64,000 nucleotides of DNA from Escherichia coli (GTDB lineage: Bacteria; Pseudomonadota; Gammaproteobacteria; Enterobacterales; Enterobacteriaceae): the NCBI RefSeq assembly GCF_036507355.1, contig NZ_AP027877.1, one strand, 5' to 3'. Within the stretch, counting starts at the first letter, position 1, and each line of letters begins with the position of its first letter. Position numbers and translations under genes: made by a program. Below are positions 1 through 12,097 of the stretch, piece after piece. The notes under the pieces were generated by a model, which had not been told where the DNA came from, did not search any database, and was given only the letters and a program-made list of their open reading frames with translations.

Positions 1-2016
1 CGGCCATTGTAAAATCCACTGGCGAGCCAGATTACGCTGGCCCGCAAAACGGTGCCAGACGCGGGCAACGGGCAGGGCCAGTTCTGTTGCGCCGAAATTT
101 AAAATTAACGGAAATGTTTCTTTTGGACGATGTGAAAAAGCCAACAGCAGACCTGGTAGCGCATCCAATCCGAGGATACTGAGAAAATAGTCCTCACCCG
201 CGAACAGATGTTTTTTCTCATTGATACGCAGCCAGAAGGTCAAAGCCATCTCACGCGGCAACTGTGCCAATAAATACAGGTTCCAGACACTCTTTTCCGG
301 ACGATAACGTGAGTAGTTGTCATTTTCCCATATGTTAATTAACGCTTCTATGTGACCGCTGCGGAGCGCCTGTTCTGCTAATTGTGCTTCCGGGGAGTTC
401 CAGCCATTCAGGATCTCTTCAACCCGCCCCTGGTAGTAATGCCACTGAACAATGAGTGAATTGCGTGCAGCATCCAGTTTTCCAGGGAGTATATAATTCA
501 AAAACAGCCATACATCATCCCCAAAACCCAGTTCCTGTAATACAACTCGCCCACTTTTTTGTTCCATGCGTTGCGCAAGAGATTCCGTGCTGAAATAACG
601 GGCAGACTCAGTGGCGGCAAGCCTCTCTCGTTCGCCTGGTTGCCAGTAAACTTGCGGAGTTAATTCGAGCCGTGCCAAATCAAGACGTGGAGCTGTCATT
701 TTTTTCTTACTACGCCACGGTGGTGAAACGAGGATTTCAGGCAGATTGCTGTTATCGGTGCCATCAATAACCGGTTTTGGCAGTGCCGATAAATAACTCT
801 TCAGCACTGCCCTGGCTTGAGTACTTAACCACGGTATCACTTCTGCTGCCAGTTGTGGCTGCGATGCCATCAGCGTTTGTAACAGCGTACGCCAGTATTC
901 ATCTCGAGCTTTTTGCTGTGCAGGCAGCTTTTTGTCTTCGATGATTGGATAACCAGGGCGTGCAGGTGGTTCTGTTAACGCCAGCAGTTCTGCCAGTGCG
1001 GCGAGCGTCGCATGGGGGAAGTTTTTATGGTATTTAGCTACACGTTGCAGGCTGGGTTTGTTTTTATCAGCAACTAACAGCAAGGTGCGGATGACTTGCG
1101 GATGGTTAATTTGTACCAGCAGACTGCCGCAATCTTCTTTATGAGCATACATTGCCAGGCGCGGAACGGCTGCCAGTCCTTGTTCGCGCAAAAGGGAGGC
1201 GCAGGCCGCGTAGCCGAAGCGGTTTTCTTGTGACATGTAGCTGGCTTCGCGATCGCTAAATACGTCCAGGCCCCAGTATCGTTCGAGTTTTTTTACCGCC
1301 GTATTATCAGTAGCAACGACCTTTAACCACTCCTTTGAATGGAGACTTGACCGGGAGCTTTCAAGACTGGCGAGTTCATTGGCTATTTCAGGTTTTTCCG
1401 GGAGGATCAGCGCAATAAAAGGACGGCGAATTTTGGGTATTCCTGGCAGTGCGGCAATGAGTTTATCGGCACAACGCTGCCAGCAACTTTCCTCTGCCAG
1501 CGACAGATGCTTACGCAAACGGAGATCGAAATCGTTATAGGTCGCGGAGCCATAACCGTAGCCATAGTCCTCGTCCTGATACTGCAAAGTGACGACCAGT
1601 GAGTCACTCTCATAACGCCGCGCAATGCACTGACGCGATATCACTACATCCGTCGCATATTCCAGCCCCTCTTGTTGCACGATTTCATCAAGTAACTGCT
1701 GGCTGTCATTTTGCGCGATACAGATCAGAGCCGCCATGGTAAGGGCTGGGATTGACGGTTTATGCTCGCCAGTCAAATTGATTGCCTGCTGGATGGCGGA
1801 CTGCCACTCCAGTGAGCATTTATCATAATTCCAGGTGATATTTTCCTTCTGGCCTGCTTGTTGTAGTAATTCATCTCCCAATGTCTGGATGAGACTTCCA
1901 GTGATAACAGGCACCGGTTCGCCCGGCCATTTGCGATGACTGAGTGGTGTTTTGCCTTTTTTATATTTCAGTTCCAGTTGGGCGTTATCCGCCAGCCACG
2001 GTAATTCCTTGTCCAT
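1..2016 (-). CDS. yehI: DUF4132-family protein YehI, 5' portion (gene runs off the window start)
   Basis: Minus-strand frame opens at ATG 2014-2016 (MDKELPWLADNAQLELKYKKGKTPLSHRKWPGEPVPVITGSLIQTLGDELLQ...) and stayed open over the ~150 bp I translated by hand (down to ~1861); openness to position 1 is assumed, since the ORF track omits edge-truncated frames. Position downstream of molR matches K-12 synteny. Confidence 0.6.
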   Translation of the reverse strand, partial: MDKELPWLADNAQLELKYKKGKTPLSHRKWPGEPVPVITGSLIQTLGDELLQQAGQKENITWNYDKCSLEWQSAIQQAINLTGEHKPSIPALTMAALICIAQNDSQQLLDEIVQQEGLEYATDVVISRQCIARRYESDSLVVTLQYQDEDYGYGYGSATYNDFDLRLRKHLSLAEESCWQRCADKLIAALPGIPKIRRPFIALILPEKPEIANELASLESSRSSLHSKEWLKVVATDNTAVKKLERYWGLDVFSDREASYMSQENRFGYAACASLLREQGLAAVPRLAMYAHKEDCGSLLVQINHPQVIRTLLLVADKNKPSLQRVAKYHKNFPHATLAALAELLALTEPPARPGYPIIEDKKLPAQQKARDEYWRTLLQTLMASQPQLAAEVIPWLSTQARAVLKSYLSALPKPVIDGTDNSNLPEILVSPPWRSKKKMTAPRLDLARLELTPQVYWQPGERERLAATESARYFSTESLAQRMEQKSGRVVLQELGFGDDVWLFLNYILPGKLDAARNSLIVQWHYYQGRVEEILNGWNSPEAQLAEQALRSGHIEALINIWENDNYSRYRPEKSVWNLYLLAQLPREMALTFWLRINEKKHLFAGEDYFLSILGLDALPGLLLAFSHRPKETFPLILNFGATELALPVARVWHRFAGQRNLARQWILQWP

Positions 2017-4241
2017 GCTCTTTCCTTATTCAAACAGGGCTTCAATATCGTTAATTAGCTCGCTGGCGGTGATGGCATCGAGTACGGAGAACTGCGCTTC
2101 CTGTGTTGAATTACTCCCCCAGCCATAGCTTTCTGCGTTGCCTTCCCATAGCCACAGCTTGCTTAAGATTTGCTCGGCACTCAGTTCGGCTGGCGACATG
2201 CCTACCGCAAAACCTTCATCGATTTCCATGATTAACGACCAGCGGCCCAGAGGTTTGATCATCCAGCCGATCCAGCCTCCATCCTGCGGGGTGCCCTTTA
2301 TCCAGCCTTTATTCGCCAGCCCCATGACCCGACCGCTCGGGTATTTTCTGCCTGCCCAGCGGGTCAGTTCGCTGGCGTTGCGCTCGGCTTCTGTCAGGGC
2401 GTAACTGTTACGGTCAAGCTGACGGAACGGTGGTAGCAGTTCATAGTCGGCAAAAAGCTGACCAAAGGCGGCAGCATCCGTCGGTGATATTTCCAGAACG
2501 TGAGGAATGCCAACAGAGATATCGCCTTCCGGCAGGGTGAAAAGATCATCGTCAGCGGTGCTGTAGCTGTTATCTTCCGCCACGCGGAAGCACGTCAGTA
2601 GCTGGTTTTCGGTGCTATAAACGCCCCAAATCAGACGGCGGGTTAAGTGGCGTACCAGTGGATGTTCAACCAGGAAGAGCTGAAAGTTTTCTGGCGACCA
2701 GCGGCGACGCAGGCACATGGCGGATTCCAACCTTGCTACCTGCTGGGCGGCGACGGTACGCGCATCTTTTTTCAGCAGTTTGTAGCGGTTAACAGCATCG
2801 TTCGCCTGTGATTCATCATCGCTTTTGTTTGGTTTGGGCAGGTCTTTCAGACGGCTGCCAGAAACATCACGCACAAACGGTTTTAAGGTTTCATCAAAGC
2901 TGACGGTGAACTGGCGTGAGCCGAAATCCAGCAGCAACGAACCGTTATCATCCAGACCGAGATCCGGTGCTAACCGATCTTCAAGCTCTGCCACCGTGAG
3001 TTCGCGGCTCTCGGCAATGTCGGCAATTTTTTCTTTTGCCCGCTCCTGTAATGCTTTGAATTTCAGTTTCTGGGCGATGCCGTTAAGCTGCATCAGGGCG
3101 ATATCACTACCGATAGCAGCGAGAATATCCAACCCAACGGTGGCGCGTTTATGCTGGGATTCACCAGGCCAGGCGCGGATTAATGGCGTCAGTTTGCGGG
3201 CGGTGTCGTCGTTACCGAGAACGCCTAACGCAGCGAACGCCCAACTCTCTTTCGACGGCGCGCCAGCGGTCTGCCAGGCGGTAAACAGATCCCAGGCAAA
3301 TCCCGCCAGTGAGTCGGCGGTACAGGCATCTTTCACCTGCAATAATCCCGGATACAGAGCCTCTTCCTGAGGGAAGCGGAGCATTTCACCGAGGTGGAGG
3401 AGGGCGCTATCTGGCAGTACCTTGCTGCTATTTTTGAGTTTCGGGCGAGTCCATAATGGAGGTTGATAAAACAACGGTAAAGGGGGGATTTTCGCCGGGT
3501 ATTTACCCACAGGACTGTTGTCGTTATTTTTATTTTGAGTTTCCCAGGGCGGCGAGACTAGTACCATTGGTAGAATTTCTGAGTTTGCAAAATCTTCATT
3601 GCGACTATTCAGCAATTGCTGACATTGTTGCAATAAATTTGCCGCTTGCGACGATAATCCGATGACTAATTTTTCGACCAATAAAGAATTTGCATTAAGT
3701 AATGAAACCAGCAATGTATGTTTGCGTTTATCATCTTTTTTTACCAATGCTTCGGCTAATGCCACTATCGTTGCAGAAGGAAAATTTTCGGCACTTTTTA
3801 TTAGTCGTTCATAACAGCGTTTATTAGTATCGGCGGCTTCGATGAGTGCCGTAATGGCCAACGGATGATTAATACATTTCAGTACGTCACCGCAATTATC
3901 TTCTTCAGCATAGGGAGCCAGGCGAGCCAGTGCCGCTATACCTTGCTCCCGTAATACCGTAGCTGACCAACTGGCACCATAGGTGTTAAATACATCAATG
4001 TATTGATAGTTCTCCAGTATTTCGAGCGTGAATGGATCTGTCGCTACCAGTTTCAACATTTCAAGTTGTGGAACATCTACGACCTGGTGTAAACGATGTA
4101 CGATCTCATGGGCCACTTCGGGTATTTCTGGCATTAAAATGGCAATTAACGGTTGGCGATAGAGTGATATATCTGGTAACGCAACGAGTAATTTTGCAAT
4201 GCAATTTTGCCATACTTCTTCTTCTGGGTAATGACTCCAAC

Positions 4242-4745
4242 TTATTGATAGTGTTTTATGTTCAGATAATGCCCGATGACTTTGTCATGCAGCTCCACCG
4301 ATTTTGAGAACGACAGCGACTTCCGTCCCAGCCGTGCCAGGTGCTGCCTCAGATTCAGGTTATGCCGCTCAATTCGCTGCGTATATCGCTTGCTGATTAC
4401 GTGCAGCTTTCCCTTCAGGCGGGATTCATACAGCGGCCAGCCATCCGTCATCCATATCACCACGTCAAAGGGTGACAGCAGGCTCATAAGACGCCCCAGC
4501 GTCGCCATCGTGCGTTCACCGAATACGTGCGCAACAACCGTCTTCCGGAGCCTGTCATACGCGTAAAACAGCCAGCGCTGGCGCGATTTAGCCCCGACAT
4601 AGCCCCACTGTTCGTCCATTTCCGCGCAGACGATGACGTCACTGCCCGGCTGTATGCGCGAGGTTACCGACTGCGGCCTGAGTTTTTTAAGTGACGTAAA
4701 ATCGTGTTGAGGCCAACGCCCATAATGCGGGCTGTTGCCCGGCAT
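4242..4745 (-). CDS. insB: IS1 InsB (made as InsAB' fusion by -1 frameshift)
   Basis: 167-aa ORF overlapping insA in the -1 frame, as expected for IS1. Confidence 0.9.
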
Positions 4746-4939
4746 CCAACGCCATTCATGGCCATATCAATGATTTTCTGGTGCGTACCGGGTTGAGAAG
4801 CGGTGTAAGTGAACTGCAGTTGCCATGTTTTACGGCAGTGAGAGCAGAGATAGCGCTGATGTCCGGCGGTGCTTTTGCCGTTACGCACCACCCCGTCAGT
4901 AGCTGAACAGGAGGGACAGCTGATAGAAACAGAAGCCAC
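4664..4939 (-). CDS. insA: IS1 InsA
   Basis: 91-aa [43 protein letters not shown]..., identical in all four IS1 copies in the window. Confidence 0.9.
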
Positions 4940-5678
4940 TGGAGCACCTCAAAAACACCATCATACACTAAATCAGTAAGTTGGCAGCATCACCAACTCT
5001 GTAATTCCTGGTGTGATATCCGTGACGGCAGGAATGGGAAGTACCGGTAAATCAAATACGGGTATGACATTCTTTTTCTTATTTATTACCCACGGTGGAG
5101 CGACAAGCAGCTCCGGCAACATATCCACAGTGGCATATTCACATTCTTCAGCTACTGGCAGCGGACGACATTCAGATAAGATGCCTGCCGCCTTAGCATT
5201 AACCCAGGGAATGACCTCGCATACTAACTCTGGCGTGGCGGTAATCAGTTTGACAAGCGCTTTACGCCACTCATTATTTTCATGTATTGCCAGCAAAGTA
5301 GCATAAGCGGCAATAGCCGCAGCGGGATGTTTTTGGCAGGCTTTGCTTAAGTATTCCAGGTGCTTTTTCTTGCCATTTACACCGAGGATCAGAATTTGAA
5401 TCGCATCCGGGTGATTCGTTTTCCATAGCCATTTGACAAGATTTTCAGTCTCGCTGATGCGTTCGAAGAGATAAGTGGGATTGTCAGAATGGTCTTCCGT
5501 AAACTAAAGAAGTATCCGGCTTACACCGCGCACCCCAGATACTGCTCTGAGTACAGTGGAAAAATACGATTTCCCACCGTTGTATCGTGATTTTCGTAAT
5601 TTTCGCGCTTATCTGGCAATGTTGTTGGCAAATAATGAGGTGTACTGGCAATAGCGGACACTACCATTTGTTCTTTTT

Positions 5679-6497
5679 TTAAGCAGCCATCTGATGATAT
5701 TTTTCCCTGAAGGCTGCCGGGGAGATATTCCCCAGACGAGAGTGACGACGCTGACGATTGTAGAAAATCTCAATGTATTCCCGTATTACTGAGATGGCTT
5801 CATCCCGGTTATTAAAACGATAGTGGCTCAGGCTCTCATTTTTCAGCGTTCCCCAGAAGCTTTCCATCGGAGCGTTGTCGTAACAGTTACCTTTACGCGA
5901 CATTGATGTTTTCAGACCAAACTGCTCCTGTATGACCCGGTAATCGTATGCGCAGTACTGTGAACCTCGATCAGAGTGGTGGATTAGCCCGGCAGGTGGG
6001 CGCTGGCTCCTGAGCGCCATAAACAGGGCTTTACCTGTCAGCTCTTTTGTCATGCGCTCTCCCATGGCGTAGCCGACAATTTCGCACGTATAAACATCTT
6101 TGATGCCAGCGAGGTACAACCATCCCTCCTGTGTGGCAACATACGTCAGGTCCGCCACCCAGACCTGATTTGGTGCTGTAGGAGCGAACGTCTGGTTCAG
6201 CAGATTTGGCGCAACTGGCAGATTGTGGTTCGAGTTCGTAGTCGCTCTGAACTTGCGTTTCTGCTTACAGCGTAGCCTTAGCTCCTTACGAAGACGTGCC
6301 AGTCGGTCACGACCAACGATGATGCCATTCTCTGCCAGCTCCGTCTGGAGCCGCCGGGTTCCATATGTTTCGCGAGTGCGGATATGTGCCACCTTAATCT
6401 CCAGTTTTAGCCGCTCATCACTTTGTTTTCTGTCTGAGGGTTCATGCTGTACCCAGTTGTAATAACCGCTCCTGGATACACCAAATACCTGACACAT
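5679..6497 (-). CDS. IS3-family transposase OrfB (DDE catalytic part)
   Basis: 272-aa ORF with DDE integrase-core motifs (VWVADLTY...HSDRGSQY...NAPMESFW). Confidence 0.85.
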   Translation of the reverse strand: MCQVFGVSRSGYYNWVQHEPSDRKQSDERLKLEIKVAHIRTRETYGTRRLQTELAENGIIVGRDRLARLRKELRLRCKQKRKFRATTNSNHNLPVAPNLLNQTFAPTAPNQVWVADLTYVATQEGWLYLAGIKDVYTCEIVGYAMGERMTKELTGKALFMALRSQRPPAGLIHHSDRGSQYCAYDYRVIQEQFGLKTSMSRKGNCYDNAPMESFWGTLKNESLSHYRFNNRDEAISVIREYIEIFYNRQRRHSRLGNISPAAFREKYHQMAA

Positions 6498-6532
6498 CGC
6501 TTCAATGGGAAATTGTTGTCGCCATTGTTCGA

Positions 6533-6832
6533 TTAACGCGTATTTTTCAGCGACTCCTGTGCAAAATACGTTGCTTTTTTTAATATATCTCGCTCAAGGC
6601 GAGCTTCATTTAACGCCTTACGCAGTTGCAGAATTTCAGATTCCAGTTCAGCCACCGTGCGGGAACCAGGAGTACCGAGCCCTTTTCTGGCGGCGGTAAC
6701 CCATTGTCCTAAAGTGCCTTCAGGAAGAGATAATCGGGAAGCGCCTTCACTGATCGAAAGTTGATTTTCAAGAACCGTTCTGACAGCTTCGGCTTTGAAC
6801 TCTTTAGAGTAACGTTGGGTTTTTCTGCTCAT
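6533..6832 (-). CDS. IS3-family transposase OrfA (HTH/leucine-zipper part)
   Basis: 99-aa ORF MSRKTQRYSKEFKAEAVRTVLENQLSISEGASRLSLPEG... Confidence 0.85.
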   Translation of the reverse strand: MSRKTQRYSKEFKAEAVRTVLENQLSISEGASRLSLPEGTLGQWVTAARKGLGTPGSRTVAELESEILQLRKALNEARLERDILKKATYFAQESLKNTR

Positions 6833-7939
6833 TATTAGCTCCTTCTGATGCCATTCTATTTCAGGAAGGAGTGTCCGTTAAACTCAGGCTACCTCAATCA
6901 TCGGTTATCACCAGTCTTAACCAGGTCATCGCCGGGACGTTTTGGTCTGCATAGCGTAGAGCTATAGCATGGGCGATATCCGGGCGTTCAGGGAGCAGTA
7001 ACGCCGCAAAAGGTTGCCGTGCGGGGGATAGCGTCGGAATGGCGGTGAGTACTTTATCTACACAGCGTTGCCACTCATCTTCTGAAGCGAGTGAAAGATG
7101 ATGACATAGACGTTGATGCCAACTAGGTAGCGATTCTGCTTTGTGATTAGGTGGAATGATGGTGGTTACTGCGCCTTTTACTGGTTTATATTTGAGTTGA
7201 AGGGCAAAAAGGACGATTTCAACGGCGCTTTCCAGACCACAGCGAATGACTAAGTCATCGACCAGTTCATCTGCAGAGTAAGAGTTCCAAAAACTCCAGA
7301 GCAATGCTGCATCAGATTGCGCACTCCCTGTCTGTTGATTATCCAGAATTCGCCTTTGTAACTCAGCAAAAGCCTGCTGCCAGTTTTCAGGATAAGAGCG
7401 GTAATTGTTGTCGGGATCATATGCCCTGGTGTTATTCGCGATGCGTTGCCATATTTGACCATCTTTGTGCAGATAATTGATCTCTCTGGGGCGAGAACGA
7501 TGAGGAAAAGCAAATCGATTAATATCGCCAGTTATCGGAATGACTGCGTCATCAACCAGCCATGGGCGTTGGATTTTACTCTCAGGGGAAGATTCAACTT
7601 CAGGAGTGGCTTTGGTGATGGGGGGGATATGCACGTTTGCTGAAGCATTTTCTACATAGCCTTTTTTCGTTTTCTCTGCGATCAGCTTAAGCTTCGCTTT
7701 TTCCGCTGCTGCAACATCAGCAAAATTTTTTACCTGGCTTTGCCCTTGGGTACCAACTTTCCCCCAGCTGATATGCAACTCGTTTCCCTGCTGCTCCACC
7801 GCCCAGAATTTATGTGATTTTTCGTCCTGATAGATATAACTCTTCATCCGCGTTCCCTGTATTTATATCCAGTTATAAGCGGATGCTAGCAGTTAATGAA
7901 AAAAATTAAGAGCGTTGAACAAACAAGAAAACAACTTTA

Positions 7940-7976
7940 GGAATTTATAAAGAAAAGGCGCTGTCGATGCAGCGCC
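7940..7976 (-). terminator. Rho-independent terminator downstream of metG
   Basis: Hairpin GGCGCTG-TCGATG-CAGCGCC at 7957..7976, followed on the minus strand by TTTTCTTTAT. Confidence 0.55.
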
Positions 7977-7987
7977 TTGAAGGGGGA

Positions 7988-10021
7988 TTATTTCACCTGA
8001 TGACCCGGTTTAGCACCGGCATCCGGGCTTAGCAGGAAGATATCTTTCCCGCCAGGACCGGCAGCCATCACCATGCCCTCAGAGATACCGAAGCGCATTT
8101 TACGTGGTGCCAGGTTAGCCACCATAATGGTGTGACGACCAATCAGTGCCTGCGGATCCGGGTAGGCAGAACGAATGCCAGAGAAGACATTGCGTTTTTC
8201 ACCGCCGAGATCCAGCGTCAGGCGCAGCAGTTTGTCAGAACCTTCAACAAACTCTGCGTTTTCAATAAGCGCCACGCGCAGGTCAACTTTAGCGAAGTCG
8301 TCAAAGGTGATGGTTTCCTGAATCGGATCATCTGCCAGTGGGCCAGTAACTGGCGCGGCAGCTGCTTTCACTTCTTCTTTAGACGCTTCCACCAGTGCTT
8401 CAACCTGCTTCATATCGATGCGGTTATACAGCGCTTTGAACGGATTCACTTTGTGGCCCAGCAGAGGTTGCTGGATACCATCCCAGGTCAGTTCTGTATT
8501 GAGGAATGCTTCTGCGCGCTCGGTCAGTTTCGGCAGTACCGGCTTCAGGTAAGTCATCAGCACGCGGAACAGGTTGATGCCCATTGAGCAAATCGCCTGC
8601 AGGTCAGCATCGCGGTCTTCCTGTTTTGCCACCACCCACGGAGCCTGTTCATCGACATAGCGGTTAGCCAGATCAGCCAGCGCCATGATTTCGCGCACTG
8701 CTTTACCAAATTCGCGGCTTTCCCACGCTTCACCAATCACTTCAGCGGCATCAGTGAAGGTTTTGTACAACTGCGGGTCAGCCAGTTCGCTTGCCAGCAC
8801 ACCGTCAAAACGCTTGTTGATAAAGCCCGCATTACGAGAGGCCAGGTTAACCACTTTGTTAACGATATCAGCATTCACGCGCTGAACGAAATCTTCCAGG
8901 TTGAGATCGATATCATCAATGCGCGAAGAGAGTTTCGCAGTGTAGTAGTAACGCAGGCTGTCGGCGTCAAAATGATTCAGCCAGGTGCTGGCTTTAATAA
9001 AGGTACCGCGAGACTTAGACATCTTCGCGCCGTTCACCGTCACATAGCCATGAACAAACAGGTTGGTCGGCTTGCGGAAGTTGCTGCCTTCCAGCATTGC
9101 TGGCCAGAACAGACTGTGGAAGTAAACAATATCTTTACCGATGAAGTGGTACAGCTCGGCGGTGGAGTCTTTCTTCCAGTATTCATCGAAGCTTACGCTG
9201 TCGCCGCGCTTGTCGCACAGATTCTTGAAAGAACCCATATAGCCAATCGGCGCATCTAGCCAGACGTAGAAATATTTACCCGGCGCGTTCGGAATTTCAA
9301 AACCGAAGTACGGCGCGTCGCGGGAGATATCCCACTGTTGCAGGCCAGATTCAAACCACTCCTGCATTTTATTTGCCACCTGCTCCTGCAACGCACCGCT
9401 GCGGGTCCATGCCTGCAACATTTCGCTGAAAGAGGGCAGATCAAAGAAGAAGTGTTCAGAATCACGCATTACCGGCGTAGCGCCAGAAACCACCGATTTC
9501 GGCTCGATCAATTCAGTCGGGCTGTAGGTCGCGCCGCAGACTTCGCAGTTATCGCCGTATTGATCCGGGGATTTACATTTCGGGCAGGTGCCTTTTACAA
9601 AACGGTCCGGCAGGAACATGCCTTTTTCCGGATCGTACAGCTGAGAGATGGTGCGGTTTTTAATAAAACCGTTTTCTTTCAGGCGAGAGTAGATAAGTTC
9701 TGACAACTGGCGGTTCTCTTCGCTGTGCGTCGAGTGATAGTTGTCATAGCTGATGTTAAAGCCTGCGAAATCAGTCTGATGCTCCTGACTCATTTCGCCA
9801 ATCATCTGCTCCGGGGTGATACCCAGCTGCTGAGCTTTCAGCATGATCGGTGTACCGTGGGCATCGTCGGCGCAGATGAAGTTGACCTCGTGGCCGCGCA
9901 TTCGCTGGTAACGGACCCAGACATCAGCCTGGATGTGCTCCAGCATATGGCCGAGGTGGATTGAGCCGTTAGCGTACGGCAGTGCGCACGTCACCAGAAT
10001 TTTCTTCGCGACTTGAGTCAT
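7988..10021 (-). CDS. metG: Methionine--tRNA ligase
   Basis: 677-aa product from [31 protein letters not shown] (HIGH motif), KMSKS present, C-terminal tRNA-binding domain. The ORF track's start 3 codons upstream (MPTM) is probably an over-extension. Confidence 0.95.
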   Translation of the reverse strand: MTQVAKKILVTCALPYANGSIHLGHMLEHIQADVWVRYQRMRGHEVNFICADDAHGTPIMLKAQQLGITPEQMIGEMSQEHQTDFAGFNISYDNYHSTHSEENRQLSELIYSRLKENGFIKNRTISQLYDPEKGMFLPDRFVKGTCPKCKSPDQYGDNCEVCGATYSPTELIEPKSVVSGATPVMRDSEHFFFDLPSFSEMLQAWTRSGALQEQVANKMQEWFESGLQQWDISRDAPYFGFEIPNAPGKYFYVWLDAPIGYMGSFKNLCDKRGDSVSFDEYWKKDSTAELYHFIGKDIVYFHSLFWPAMLEGSNFRKPTNLFVHGYVTVNGAKMSKSRGTFIKASTWLNHFDADSLRYYYTAKLSSRIDDIDLNLEDFVQRVNADIVNKVVNLASRNAGFINKRFDGVLASELADPQLYKTFTDAAEVIGEAWESREFGKAVREIMALADLANRYVDEQAPWVVAKQEDRDADLQAICSMGINLFRVLMTYLKPVLPKLTERAEAFLNTELTWDGIQQPLLGHKVNPFKALYNRIDMKQVEALVEASKEEVKAAAAPVTGPLADDPIQETITFDDFAKVDLRVALIENAEFVEGSDKLLRLTLDLGGEKRNVFSGIRSAYPDPQALIGRHTIMVANLAPRKMRFGISEGMVMAAGPGGKDIFLLSPDAGAKPGHQVK

Positions 10022-10152
10022 AGTAGGCATTACTTCTTAATAGTGAAAAGGGGTTAGATAGTACCAAATGGGAAAATGTTAAGTAAGTACTTCTCTATAT
10101 TCTTCAGGTAAACTATCAGCTGATGGTTTATCTATACAAAAAAGGAGTCGGG

Positions 10153-11262
10153 ATGAACGAACAATCCCAGGCCAAATCACCAGAAGCCTTGCGCGCAATG
10201 GTCGCCGGGACACTGGCCAATTTTCAGCACCCAACCCTGAAGCATAACCTCACCACGCTGAAAGCGTTGCACCATGTCGCCTGGATGGACGACACGTTGC
10301 ATGTGGAACTGGTTATGCCATTCGTCTGGCATAGCGCGTTTGAAGAGTTAAAAGAGCAATGTAGCGCCGAACTGCTGCGTATCACCGGGGCGAAAGCTAT
10401 CGACTGGAAACTGTCGCACAATATCGCCACCTTAAAACGCGTGAAGAATCAGCCAGGTATTAATGGCGTGAAGAACATCATTGCGGTCAGTTCCGGTAAA
10501 GGCGGCGTGGGTAAATCCTCCACGGCGGTAAACCTGGCGCTGGCACTGGCGGCGGAAGGGGCGAAAGTCGGCATTCTGGACGCCGATATCTACGGTCCAT
10601 CAATTCCCACCATGCTGGGCGCAGAAAATCAGCGTCCAACTTCGCCGGACGGTACCCATATGGCACCGATTATGTCTCATGGCCTGGCAACCAATTCAAT
10701 TGGTTATCTGGTCACTGACGACAATGCGATGGTGTGGCGTGGACCGATGGCGAGCAAGGCGTTAATGCAGATGTTGCAGGAAACCTTGTGGCCGGATCTC
10801 GACTATCTGGTGCTTGATATGCCGCCAGGCACCGGTGACATTCAATTGACGCTGGCGCAAAACATTCCAGTAACTGGTGCAGTCGTGGTCACCACCCCGC
10901 AGGACATCGCGTTGATCGATGCGAAAAAAGGCATTGTGATGTTCGAGAAAGTCGAGGTTCCGGTGCTCGGTATTGTCGAGAACATGAGTGTGCATATTTG
11001 CAGTAACTGTGGTCACCATGAACCGATTTTCGGTACCGGTGGTGCAGAGAAACTGGCTGAAAAATACCATACACAGCTGCTGGGGCAGATGCCGTTACAC
11101 ATCTCCTTACGTGAGGATCTCGATAAAGGCACGCCAACGGTTATCAGCCGTCCGGAGAGCGAATTTACCGCTATCTACCGCCAGCTGGCTGACCGCGTTG
11201 CAGCTCAGCTCTACTGGCAGGGTGAAGTCATTCCAGGCGAGATTTCCTTCCGCGCGGTCTAA
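10153..11262 (+). CDS. apbC: Fe-S cluster carrier ATPase ApbC/Mrp
   Basis: 369 aa from MNEQSQAKSPEALRAM; P-loop GKGGVGKSST and CxxC (CSNCGHHE). ORF-track start 10123 is an upstream in-frame extension. Confidence 0.9.
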   Translation: MNEQSQAKSPEALRAMVAGTLANFQHPTLKHNLTTLKALHHVAWMDDTLHVELVMPFVWHSAFEELKEQCSAELLRITGAKAIDWKLSHNIATLKRVKNQPGINGVKNIIAVSSGKGGVGKSSTAVNLALALAAEGAKVGILDADIYGPSIPTMLGAENQRPTSPDGTHMAPIMSHGLATNSIGYLVTDDNAMVWRGPMASKALMQMLQETLWPDLDYLVLDMPPGTGDIQLTLAQNIPVTGAVVVTTPQDIALIDAKKGIVMFEKVEVPVLGIVENMSVHICSNCGHHEPIFGTGGAEKLAEKYHTQLLGQMPLHISLREDLDKGTPTVISRPESEFTAIYRQLADRVAAQLYWQGEVIPGEISFRAV

Positions 11263-11523
11263 CGCCTATTAACCATTCTGGTTATTCTTCATACACCGCA
11301 GAGATGTTACATTGATGCGGTGTATTTGTTTTTGCCGCATTAATGAACACTTATTTAATACTGCGAATATTCTGCGGACCTTCGTCCGAAACTCTACAAA
11401 GTCGATTGATCGTACAGGCAGTGCTTCATTATCATCCTTCGTGCTGTGTAGTGGATGTACAGCTATAGTTTGTTATGCACTCATTCTATCCAGGCATAAC
11501 CTTTACTACAGGGATAACGTTCA

Positions 11524-11805
11524 ATGAATAAGTATTGGCTGTTAGGAATTATTTTTCTTGCCTATGGATTGGCTTCTCCCGCGTTCTCTTCAGAGACTGC
11601 CACATTAACGATTAATGGCAGGATCAGCCCCCCAACATGCAGTATGGCTATGGTTAATAGTCAACCTCAACAGCATTGTGGTCAGTTAACGTATAATGTC
11701 GATACCCGTCATCAGGTTTCTTCGCCCGTCAAAGGTGTAACGACAGAAGTGGTTGTTGCAGGTAGTGATAGCAAACGTCGAATCGTGTTAAATCGCTACG
11801 ATTAA
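11524..11805 (+). CDS. yehE: Small secreted protein YehE
   Basis: 93-aa ORF with N-terminal signal peptide; position between apbC and the yeh fimbrial operon as in K-12. Confidence 0.75.
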   Translation: MNKYWLLGIIFLAYGLASPAFSSETATLTINGRISPPTCSMAMVNSQPQQHCGQLTYNVDTRHQVSSPVKGVTTEVVVAGSDSKRRIVLNRYD

Positions 11806-12097
11806 TTTGGCAACCTGATTTTAATTGCATTTAGAAAGCCGAAATCATTTATATAAATGATTTCGGCTTTTTTATTGATATCAACAATACCATTTACATA
11901 AATCTACATTAATTAATAGATGCGATAAATATTTAATACTCTTAAGTATTTGTTGTATTTATATTACAATGGTTAATTTGTTTTAAATCAATAAAACAAT
12001 ATGTTTACATTGCGGCAACTTTTTTGATGTGAGAAATTTGTTTCCAAGAGATACATACTCTTAACAACCAAAAATAAATTTTATTAAGGAACATATT

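Larger units (their letters stand above)
4227..4994 (-). mobile_element. IS1 (768 bp), copy A, inside molR
   Basis: Ends GGTAATGACTCCAACTTATTGATAGTG ... CAGTAAGTTGGCAGCATCACC; insA 4664..4939 and insB 4242..4745 on minus strand. Flanks CTTCTTCTG and AACTCTGTA differ, so no intact 9-bp target duplication. Confidence 0.9.
5636..6896 (-). mobile_element. IS600-like IS3-family element (about 1.26 kb), inside molR
   Basis: Terminal sequence TGAGGTAGCCTGAGTTTAACGGACAC (reverse strand at 6896) with an imperfect partner TGAGGTGTACTGGCAATAGCGGACAC at 5636. OrfA 6533..6832 and OrfB 5679..6497 overlap in the usual IS3 frameshift arrangement. The IS600 name is from memory of the protein sequences, not a search. 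Confidence 0.75.
2026..7847 (-). pseudogene. molR: molR (yehG/yehH-type WGR + DUF4132 protein) disrupted by IS600-like and IS1 insertions
   Basis: Three collinear minus-strand pieces: N-terminal 6894..7847 (WGR-like motif KSHKFWAVEQQGNELHISWGKVGTQGQ), middle piece around 4973..5296, and 702-aa C-terminal ORF 2026..4134. They are separated by an IS600-like element (5636..6896) and IS1 (4227..4994). The first ORF's stop lies at the IS boundary. Confidence 0.7.

Noticed and set aside
8132-9964. Several 66 to 151-aa ORFs on the plus strand within metG
   Set aside because: Lie entirely antisense within a highly conserved gene; no independent support.
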